Positions 1 to 10,010 of a DNA stretch of 64,000 nucleotides are shown here, piece after piece. The notes beneath the pieces were generated by a model. The model was given only the letters and a program-made list of their open reading frames with translations, ran no database searches and had not been told where the DNA came from. The first letter of the stretch is position 1, and each line of letters begins with the position of its first letter. Source of the stretch: Paraspadella gotoi (taxonomy: Eukaryota; Animalia; Chaetognatha); contig CM119264.1 of assembly GCA_051294375.1 (NCBI GenBank), positions 13,598,813 through 13,662,812 of the forward strand. The letters run 5' to 3'. The position numbers were made by a program, and so were the translations under genes.

Positions 1-469
1 CTGCAGATATCCACCCCTGCCGCTGCGGCTGCTGCCGGGGCGCCCGCTGTTCTGGCTCCCGGAGTCACGTCNNNNNNNNNNNNNNNNNNNNNNNNNTTTT
101 TGTTTCTTTCACATCCTCTCTGCCCTACCGTGCGTAATACAACTGTATTTTTTTATATTGGAGTCAGAAGATGGCTTAATTTTGAATTCGCCGATAGTGT
201 GAGGGGGGTTTAAGAAAAGGGGTAGTTTAAGATTATGGTAATTATTTAATTTTTAAATTTAATTTTTATTATTTTTGTATAATAAAATTTTTATATATTG
301 GTATTCATACAAAGGTTTCGGCTAATTTTATATTCGCCGATTAATGTTAAAAGGGTTTAAGATTAGGGGTGGTTAGGATTAAGGAGGTTTAGGTTTATGG
401 GGTTTTGGGTTATGGTCAAGTTTAATATAGATAAGTAATAGTTTNNNNNNNNNNNNNNNNNNNNNNNNN
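1..469. other. probable scaffold-end assembly artefacts between 25-N gaps (72-96, 445-469)
   Basis: 1-71 is identical to 12907-12977; 97-444 is the reverse complement of ~601-948. Confidence 0.8.
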
Positions 470-912
470 AGAACACCGAATACATAAAAATAGTTGTAAA
501 TGATGTAAAATAAGATAAATACGGTAAAATTACGCATTCCCCGACTGGGATTTTCGTTCTTATAAATAATATATAAAATATTAAATTAAAAAAAAAAATA
601 AAACTATTACTTATCTATATTAAACTTGACCATAACCCAAAACCCCATAAACCTAAACCTCCTTAATCCTAACCACCCCTAATCTTAAACCCTTTTAACA
701 TTAATCGGCGAATATAAAATTAGCCGAAACCTTTGTATGAATACCAATATATAAAAATTTTATTATACAAAAATAATAAAAATTAAATTTAAAAATTAAA
801 TAATTACCATAATCTTAAACTACCCCTTTTCTTAAACCCCCCTCACACTATCGGCGAATTCAAAATTAAGCCATCTTCTGACTCCAATATAAAAAAATAC
901 AGTTGTATTACG

Positions 913-2146
913 CACGGTAGGGCAGAGAGGATGTGAAAGAAACAAAAAAGTGCCATCTTTGAAACCTATAAAATCTTAAAGTAAACCCATGAGACACTTA
1001 ATGTGGTAGGTCAGTAAAATTCGATAAAGGCAGGTTTTTTTTTAAATGCTCATTAAAGTTTTTGAAAATTTTTTATAAAATTTTTAAATAGTTTAGTGAA
1101 AATGCTTACAATTTTAATGTCTATACATCTATCATTATCTACAGAGCATAAGCTTTAATTTGAAACCTCTCCCAACTTTTTACAATTTTTTGTTATTGAA
1201 TTATAAGTAAAAATCATAATTAAAAAATTAATAATCAATCAGTTCTTTCAAACGGATTATTTCTTAAAAATAAAAGTACAAATAGGTTCTCAAAATGCAG
1301 TTCTACTTATTAAGCCCTAAAAACAAATTTTTAAAAAAATTTATAGAAATTTATTATAAAAAATAAATAATACAGATAATTAATTTTATTTTTTTAAGAA
1401 AAATGTGATATTTAATTAAAACTTAATCTCAAATAAAATAACAGATAAATATTAGTTGAGCACTTTAATTAAAATCATATCCAGCTTTAAAAAGTAATTA
1501 TATAATTATTACTTATCAAAAAAAAATTTTATTCATAAAATTATATTATAATAATAACTCACTCAATATTTGATATATATTATTAATAGACAAATGTGTA
1601 AAAATATTAACAAACAGAATGCTTTAACTTTTAATACTTAATTAGAGTATATATTAATATTTTCAAAATATTTTTTTCATTTTTAAAATTTTTTATATTA
1701 AAATTATTATTAATTAAAAAAAAAACTTATTTTGAAGCCTAATAAGTAGAACTGTATTTTAAGAACATATTTGTATTTTTATTTTTAAGAAATAATCTGT
1801 TCAATGGTACTAATTGATTAATCTTTTAAAAAAAATATATTTAATTTTTACTTATATTTCAATAGCGAAAAGTAATAGAAAGTTGGGAGTAATTTCAAAT
1901 TAAAGCTTATGCTTTGTAGATAATGATAGACATATAAACATTTAAATTGTAAGCATATTCACTAAACTACTTAAAAATTTTTATAAAAAAATTTAAAAAA
2001 CTTTAATGAGCATTTAAAAAAAAACCTGCCTTTATCGAATTTTACTGACCTACCACATTAAGTGTCTCATGGGTATACTTTAAGAATTTATAGGTTTCAG
2101 AGATGGCACTTTTTTTGTTCTTTCATATCCTCTCTGCCCTACCGTG
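913..2146. mobile_element. fold-back non-autonomous DNA transposon with CACGGTAG ends (Transib-like by inference)
   Basis: Inverted arms of roughly 400 bp starting CACGGTAGGGCAGAGAGGAT; flanks TTACG (908-912) and TTACA (2147-2151) suggest a 5-bp TSD. Confidence 0.75.
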
Positions 2147-2150
2147 TTAC

Positions 2151-3956
2151 AACAAGTTTGAGCAAACAATGTCGGATCTGGCCACGATTATTATCGGTAA
2201 TTAAATAATTAATTAATAATTAATTAATTAATTGACTTATTAATTAATTAACTTGAATTAACTTGATCCAAAATGTTTGTTTTGATTGATTAATTGACTA
2301 ATTGATTAATTAACTGATTAATTATTTGATTAATTTATACATCTTGCATTTACATTTAATATAAAAAAAGAAAAATAATCAATTAGTAAAACAGTTTTTT
2401 GTTTTTTTCCATTTAAACTCATTTCCACTCAAACGATTCCATCAAAACTTGATTTCCAGTTTAATCACACTTTTTCCTACCCACATACAAAATTTCAGGT
2501 CAATTGCCCCATCCACTCATGAGTAATTGGTGTTCAAATAATGAAATATATTTTTTTGTTTTTTTCTATTTTAACTCATTTCCACTTGGACGATTCCATC
2601 TAAACGTCATATCCAGCTCAATCACACACTACCCTCACCACATACAAAATTTCATCACAATCCATCCATCCAATCACGAGTAATTGGTGTTTTATGTTAA
2701 GATGGGATGGACGGACATCGTTTTTTTGCATAATTTGTTATTATTATTATTAAAAAATAATTAAACTGTCTTATAATCTATAAACACAGCAAAACAGAAA
2801 GGATTTACACATGTCATAATTTATCATAATTGGATGTTCTGACATGATATAAGTGAATGCCTGACAAGATTGGGGGGCGGACCGACAAAGTGAATTATAG
2901 AGTCGGGATCTTCACCATCTGCTAAAAACGTATTAAAAACATGGTGAAGATCCCGACTCTATAATTCACTTTGTCGGTCCGCCCCCTCAATCTTGCCGGG
3001 CATTCACTTATATCATGTCAGAACATCCAATTATGATAAATTATGCGAAAAAAAAAACGATGTTTCATCTGTCCGTCAGTCCCACCTTAAAACTCCAATT
3101 ACTCGTGATTGGATGGATGGATTGTAATGAAATTTTGTGAGTGGGTAGGTAAATGTGTGATTGAGCTGGATATGAAGTTTACATGGAATCGTGCGAGTGG
3201 AAATGAGTTTAAATAGAAAAACAAAAAGATCTATTTCACTATTTGAACGTCAATAACTCATGGGTGGACGGGGCGATTGACTTGAAATTTTGTATGTGGG
3301 TAGGAAAGTGTGTGATTAAGCTGGAAATCAAGTTTCGATGGAATCGTCAGAATGGTAATGAGTTTAAATAGAAAAAACAAAAAACCTATTTCACTAAGTG
3401 ATTATGCTTCTTTTTCTTTTTATATTAAATGTAAATGCAAGATGTATTAATTAATCAAATAATCAATTAGTTAATCAATTAGTCAATTAATTAATAAATA
3501 ATTAATTAATTGGTTAATTAATCAATTATTCAATCAATCAATTTATTTAGTTATCTATTATTTATTTGTTCAATCAATTTATTTATAAATTAATTAATTA
3601 TTTAAACAATCAAAGATCAAACAAGTCAATCGTTATCGGCATTATTGTCGTCGTCGCCATCATCGTCGTCATTGCTTTTGTCGTGGTCAGTGAAAAAACA
3701 AAAACCTAAAAACAAACAATTCAGATCAAATTAATACAAATAATAAATATATAAACTAAATAATAATTTAATTAATAAATTAATTAATTTGATCTGAACT
3801 GTTTGTTTTTAGGTCTTTTCATCACTGACCACGACAAAAGCAACGACAATAATAACAATTATTATTTTAGTTTAGATAGTTTATATTAATTAAATAATTA
3901 ATTAATTAATTACCGCTAATGATTGTGGGCAGATCCGACATTGTTTGCTCAAACTT
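2151..3956. mobile_element. head-to-head inverted pair of non-autonomous Helentron-type (HINE/DINE-1-like) elements, family A
   Basis: Palindrome centred near 2930; each half has CTATAATTCACTTTGTCGGTCC, GTCC microsatellite, internal tandem repeats and a 3' end GCAGATCCGACATTGTTTGCTCAAACTT(GTT). Confidence 0.7.
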
Positions 3957-4076
3957 TCCATCTAACGGGGGGCATCTTATATTATTATTTATTGTTGACC
4001 TTATGTTTAGTCATCCGTTTAAAATTTCAATGAGTTAAAAAGTTTTTATTAAGTTCAACTAAAGAAATTAGCGGAT

Positions 4077-4484
4077 TTAATCAGGGACGGCATGCATTTG
4101 AGGATCCCATGCGCTTCTTTTTCCAATCTCTCTCGATGATCCGGATGAGCGGATGCGGATGAGGTGATAGGCTCGTTGCCGTCCGTTCTTCCCCGAAGAG
4201 AAAAGCGACGCCATACTCGGTGACAACATAGTGCATATGAGAGCGGGTGGTGACCACTCCGGCGCCAGGTTTGAGCGCCGAAACTATCTTGGATTCTCCT
4301 TTGTTCGTGGCGGATCGTAGAGCGATGATAGCTTACCACGTCCGTCTACGCCGAGCCCCGCGCCGCGCATGGAAGTCGACCTGGCCACCGACTCCGGAAT
4401 AGATGCGGTGACCGATAGAGTCTGCGCAGACTTGGCCCGAGAGATCAATCTCAATGCAAGAGTTGATTGCAGTTACCTGGGATT
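4077..4484 (-). pseudogene. frameshifted last exon of acetyl-CoA hydrolase / acetate:succinate CoA-transferase
   Basis: Joining frames gives NP.VTAINSCIEIDLSGQVCADSIGHRIYSGVGGQVDF/MRGAGLGVDGRGK/IIALRSATNKGESKIVSALKPGAGVVTTRSHMHYVVTEYGVAFLFG/..RQRAYHLIRI/AHPDHRERLEKEAHGILKCMPS, the family C-terminal domain. About six 1-nt indels; pyrimidine tract and AG acceptor at 4485-4486. Confidence 0.85.
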
Positions 4485-7354
4485 CTTGAAAGGGGGGAAA
4501 AACATTTTAAAGCACGGTGATAATGATTTATGTACAAATATGTAAGCCAATATTAAATTTAGTTTATAATTATTATTTATAAATACCAAATATGATAATC
4601 TAGTTAGTAGTTATGATTCCGAGACGAGGAAAAATTAAAAAAAATATGCAATTAAAAACTGGAAAGAGTAACATTAAAACTAGGTAACTCTCATTTTATG
4701 AAATGCATATGAGACATTGAAAAATGGCGTAACGTTACTGTCCGAGCATAAAAAAATTCACTGTTCAATATTATTATATTTCTTTTTATTTTTGAAACGT
4801 TATGGTTTCATATGTTGATATACAAAATCTTTTTTTGTTTTTAGATATGACTGAATATAGGTGAAGATGATAAATTTATTTAAAAAGTTACTTATTCATA
4901 TTTATTTATAGAATTGTAATATTATAAAAAAAATAATAATTAATAGTACCAATAGTTAGTGTTATGTCTCAACTAGACGGAAAAAAACCTCGTTTAAATT
5001 AGATTGGGAAGTGTAGTAACAAAGGCTTACCAATGGAATCCTCCACGCCAAATCGTTCTTTCTAATAATTTTTTTATTTAATACATTTGAAAGGGAAAAA
5101 AAAATTCGGATGCAGGTTGCAGAAAGGGTACAGATAATCTGGAAATATTGACATGATAACATGACCTTTTATGTCTTGTGAAATGGGGCAGTAAAGAAAT
5201 ATAAAAAATTAGATCATTAGGTCAGTCAATGAACCCTTTCCAATGGGCTATTCCACGAATTTTTTTTATTAATTTAAAATGTTTTTATGATGTTGTTTTT
5301 GTTTGAAAGAATTGAAAAAAAAGTAAAAAATATAGTAATTATATAAGATTTTTGAAAATACCTCTAAATTATTAGATAATTAGACAATTAGACACAAGGG
5401 GAGTAAGCAGAGAAAACTTCCCATTCATAAAAAAAATTGAAAATGAATTTGACATTGTTATTTAGATAAATTCACTAATTACAAGCTAATGATTCTATGT
5501 GTCAAATCACTAAAAAAATAATTTTGAGTTTTTTTTGAAATATTTTAGCGGACCGACAAAGAATTATAGAGCCGGAATCTGCTGTAAGCAGATCCGGCTA
5601 AAAAAATGTTAAGTGCTTAATGTGAGCATTAAGTTGCTGGCATTCAAACAAGAATTGCTAAAGCTTTGTACAATCTATTATTATGTCAAAGAAAGTGTAT
5701 TCCCTTCACGTTTCAAAAAAAAAAAAACTCTAAATTTGATTAAGGTTCAGCTTCAAGAGGCAACTAAAAATCGGGCAATTTTTTTTATCAGTAAACCTTA
5801 AAAATTTCATCCAACACGGTAAAGTCATTTTTAAACGCAAATTTTTAATTTTTTTTTTCAATTAACAGCACCTACCTCAGTGTAATACTAACAACTAAAA
5901 CCAAGTCATTCCAATTATGTTATAGAATCAATTAATGATGAAAACATAAACGTTTATGTAGAGAGAGAGCAGAACGCTTATATGAGGATGTCTAATATCA
6001 TTTTATTACAAAAAAGAATGATTAAAAATTGTAAAATTTTTAAAATTCAAAGACATTCGTCCCCTGGCATCTGAAGTTGGGTCCACTTTGATAACAACCC
6101 TCAATGGTGCCCATGACTGCCACAGATTCCACAGACGAACCAGCCTCATGCTCTGCTTTTGACATTTAGTTTCTGTTCCCCAGGTTCAAAACTGGTTCAA
6201 AACAAGACTGAGAAAAAAAATAAATAAACACTTTGCAGCATTCCTCCTTGTTTACTGACTGCTTTCCCCAGCCACAGCCATTTGTTAATTTAAAAAAAAT
6301 TGTACAAAATTTGGATAAAACTTTAAAGATCGGTAAAAGCCATCATTTAAACTACAAATGAAAATAGATTTCGGAAAAGCGTATTGATTTTAAAGTTCTT
6401 TGCTCGACTTTCAGTTCTGTAAAATCTACAGAAAAAAAATAAAAAAATAAAAAATAAAAAATAAATAAACAAAAAGAGTGGAGCTAAACCGTTTGAAATA
6501 AAAATAAACTAAAATTATTTTTTATAAGTATGGAAAGGTGGGAGAAATTCTATGAGAGGGATTTTGGAAAATGTTACTAGTTTTCAAGATATTTAGAATT
6601 TAATGCCACAATTTTCTTATTCTTTTTTTTTTCTTATGAAGATAAGTGAATTTGAAAAATCCCTCTCATAGAATTGGGACCCTTGTCCTCAAGTAAATTT
6701 ATGTAAAATTTCATGAAATCCCTTTAGCCGTTTGGGCCGCAACTCTTCCGAAAGGTTTCTTTTATTTTATATAGTATTATAAATTCGAAAAAACAGCAAT
6801 GGATTCGAAGAGAAGATAAAGTGAATACATTTTCAGAATCAACTTTTTTTTTTTTAATTATTTTTATGAAAAGAGCGACATCGATCCCTTTACGTCGCCC
6901 AATCTTTAAAAATTACCGGGAATTGAAATTTGAAACAGAAAAGGCTTCATACTATCGACGCCGAGAACGATTGTCCTTTCATTCCAGATGTGGTACCTTG
7001 TCCTTACTTATGACTCTTTTCGCCTATTAATCTAAATGAAATCCTTTACAATGGATGTAACTAATAGAGAGATAGTTACTATCTCTCTAATGCCCTTCTT
7101 TGTACAATATTCATAAACATTAAACTTGAAATATTGTACCATAGTTAAAAGAAAATTCATTTTCCTAAAGTTGTCAAAATTAAGAAATTAGCTCAAAATT
7201 ATAACAATCTTTTAGCAAATAAATACATGGAGGTTCAGCTCTTTTGGAACTAACTTTAAAAAATCGTTTGGATGGGTAAATACAAAAATAATCGAATAGA
7301 AATTGGTACACTTCTAAAAAATCGTATTGACAATACAATCAATAAAAGATTTAC

Positions 7355-7473
7355 CTTTGGCAAGCATAACCTTCCCTAAAGGTTCAGAGAAGGCGGCATA
7401 TGCTTTTCCGACCGCGCCCGTTGGAAATGCTGTCATTTCTGTTATTATTGTTGCTGTCAGAAAATCGACAGTT
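7355..7473 (-). CDS. candidate exon of an unidentified minus-strand gene (TVDFLTATIITEMTAFPTGAVGKAYAAFSEPLGKVMLAK)
   Basis: tctag| acceptor and |gtaaat donor; one open frame; GC above background; no family recognised. Confidence 0.4.
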
Positions 7474-8004
7474 CTAGAGGGGATGTGTGGGACATTCTGC
7501 TTCTCTATCTTACATTTTTACTAATCAGGGGGAGTGCAGTCCCAAAAACTGCGCGTCCAAAAGTTAGGAGTTATCATTTTTTATCTTGATTTTTAAAAAA
7601 ATTTCCTAAAAATTTGTAAGGAAGCAGCGCGAAGAATTTTTACATGTTATGCAAAAAGCTTTATTTACAGTATTTGTTATTGGATTTTTCATACGTTTTT
7701 GATATCGATTGAAAGAAAATTTAGCTTAGTTTCCAAATATAAACCTTTTTTCCTCTATCATAAACCGTTTTTATGCTGTAAGCACCTGAAGTTAGTCCAA
7801 TTAGAGCTGGACCTCCCTGTAAAACATGAAAAATGAAACTTGTTTCGAATTATCAGTGGATAAGAAGAATTTATCTATTATCTAAATTTTGATATTAAAT
7901 AAATACTGATTTGGCATAATTGTACTTTCGCCGACCTGAACTGAGCCGGTCGGTTATTTTTTATTCAAATAAATTATTACTGTAGTTTGATATTATAAGG
8001 ATAT

Positions 8005-8651
8005 TATGGTAGACTAAAATCCACCAACCGTTCATCAGCGGCCATTGGTGCCGGAGGCAAGTCATTCGCCTCCCAATCCAAAGGTCCGGGGTTCTAGCCC
8101 GGTGGTCGCCTAGCAGTTAAGAGGGACGGGCGCTTAACCCGCCTGTAACACGATGTTACAGCGTGATGCGAAGCTCAGGGACTACTTATATTGAACGGTT
8201 CTGTCATTAACACAACAATTATCACTGTCTCTTCATTGGTGAGCCCGACTTCCGAATACAACAGCAACAGCAACACTTTCAGGCAACATGCCTCATCCTG
8301 GCGATGTACTTTCCGCCAACAACACATCAGGCGGCATGCCTCAACTTGGTGACGAACTTTCCACCAACAACAATTCACTGAAGAGACTCAACAGACTTCT
8401 CCCTATGGGAGGGGGGATGTATGGTGGACTAAAATCCACCAACCGTTCATCAGCAGCCATTGGTGAAGGAGGCAAGTCATTCGCCTCCCAACCCAAAGGT
8501 CCGGGGTTCTAGCCCAGTGTTCGCCTAGCAGTTAAGAGGGATGGGGCACTTAACACGCCTGTAACATGGTGTTACAGCCTGATCTGAAGCTCAGGGACTG
8601 CTTATATTGAACGGTTCTGTCATTAACACAACAATTATCACTGTCTCTTCA
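8005..8651 (+). mobile_element. miniature non-autonomous LTR retrotransposon (TRIM) with tRNA-derived LTRs (Helenus-like)
   Basis: LTRs 8005-8235 and 8418-8651 (TGT..TCA); PBS TGGTGAGCCCGAC at 8237-8249 resembling the tRNA-Trp 3' complement; PPT GGGAGGGGGGA at 8407-8417; ATAT on both flanks. Confidence 0.85.
8038..8110 (+). ncRNA. tRNA-derived (Gly-CCC-like) pseudo-tRNA / Pol III cassette inside the 5' LTR; second copy 8453-8525
   Basis: Acceptor stem GCGGCCA/TGGTCGC, T-arm CCGGG-GTTCTAG-CCCGG, A-box-like TGGTGCCGGAGG, CT-CCC-AA loop; anticodon stem broken. Confidence 0.7.
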
Positions 8652-8999
8652 ATATAAATAAAAATTTATTTAGGTTTAGGGGTCGTTAGTGTTAAGGGTG
8701 ATTAAAGGTAGTTAAGGTTAGGGTTAAAGGTGGTTACTGGTAACTGTCGGCGAAAGTAAAATTAACCCAACAAGATATTAATTTTTGAAAAAAAATTATA
8801 TCAAAGGTTTGTTTTATTTTTATTTGATCAATGCATATAGTAGATATGAGATGAGTATAATGATATAAGATGAGCATCATTCGCTAGATTTTAGAAGCTA
8901 AGTATGTAATTTTTATATGCTCGAATTGCTCTGTGATATAATTTTTTTTCGGACTCATATCATGCTCCGGAGGCACAAAATCGGCAAAGGGCGTCCAGA

Positions 9000-9590
9000 T
9001 CCGAGTAAAGGTTTCTCATATTTTAAATTTAAATGAGACGACATAAGAAATAAAAGGGAAGAGGAAAAACAAATTTGAAAAAGAGAAAAAGGATCGAAAC
9101 TCTGGTCCCGATTTGCCGCCGTCATCCTCCTCTTCTTCCTCGCTTCGTCGCAGCGCGGACTCACAAGTAGAAAAGTAAAGAGCGCCGCTGCCGCCTCCGC
9201 TGCCGCCGCCTCGCCACATTGAGAGAAAAAGAGAGCTCCGCGTTTTCCGCTTTCGTCTCCTACCTTTTTATTCCGCGCTTCACTGGAGTTCACGACGACC
9301 GAAAAATAATACACATTTTGATTTTTGCAATTATCCGTATTTAAAGTTTACATTTTGTTCGAAATTTCCACGATTATTACACCGTATAATCATTCCCTAA
9401 TGCCTCTTACGTTTGTCTAAATTTTTTGCTTGCCCGGCCTTCTATTTACAGTTTGATTGGTTTTTTAATTAATATATTATATCCGTCTCCCATTCCCTAT
9501 AAAAAACCGTCGGCATTTTCCGCGACCCGGTCTATCGATCTCGTCCAGAATCGGCACTTTCTGAAAATTCTCCTGAACCAACTATCGCGG
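9000..9590. promoter_or_regulatory. CpG/GC-rich promoter and probable 5' UTR exon region of the A1CF-like gene
   Basis: GC- and CpG-rich patch (GCC repeats at ~9180-9215) in AT-rich DNA; candidate donor GCG|gtgagt at 9590 upstream of the first coding exon. Confidence 0.45.
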
Positions 9591-9865
9591 TGAGTTGGAG
9601 ATCCACGCGGTGTTCTTTTCTTTTATTTCTTTACTCATTGTAATCGATGCGCGGACACGCGTCCCGTTCAGCGGTTATCAGACTCTTCGTTTTAGATCGA
9701 CATAACCAGTAGACACGGTTGTTTTTGGACTTTTAAGTGAAAACAATTTTATATTTCTTCCGATATTAGATTTTTTTTTTATCTGGGTGATTAAATTCTT
9801 TTGCTCGCCTTTTTTTCCGCTAAACTTTCTAATAATACATTTTCTTATTTTGTTTTATTTACCAG

Positions 9866-10010
9866 ATGATGGACGCCCCCCGAATTGCCAATGGTGTTGC
9901 TGGCGCCCCCAACGAATCCCGGCTGTTGGAATTGATGGAGAGGACGGGTTATCACATGATACAGGAAAATGGACAGCGCAAGTTCGGCGGCCCCCCACCT
10001 AATTGGCAGG
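9866..10010 (+). CDS. A1CF: A1CF-like coding exon 1 ([48 protein letters not shown])
   Basis: accag|ATG acceptor and G|gtaatt donor; conserved N-terminal family motif. Confidence 0.9.

Larger units (their letters stand above)
7913..8769. mobile_element. element with inverted TAATTTTACTTTCGCCGAC boxes and degenerate TTAGGG tract, host of the TRIM
   Basis: GGCATAATTGTACTTTCGCCGAC at 7913 and GTCGGCGAAAGTAAAATTAACC at 8746; TTAGGG-like run at 8670-8735. Confidence 0.55.

Noticed and set aside
8038-8110. functional tRNA-Gly(CCC) gene
   Set aside because: Anticodon stem has two mismatches, the D-arm is poor, and it is duplicated inside LTRs
8281-8376. CRISPR-like or iteron repeats
   Set aside because: Two adjacent imperfect ~48-bp copies without spacers, in a eukaryotic TRIM interior
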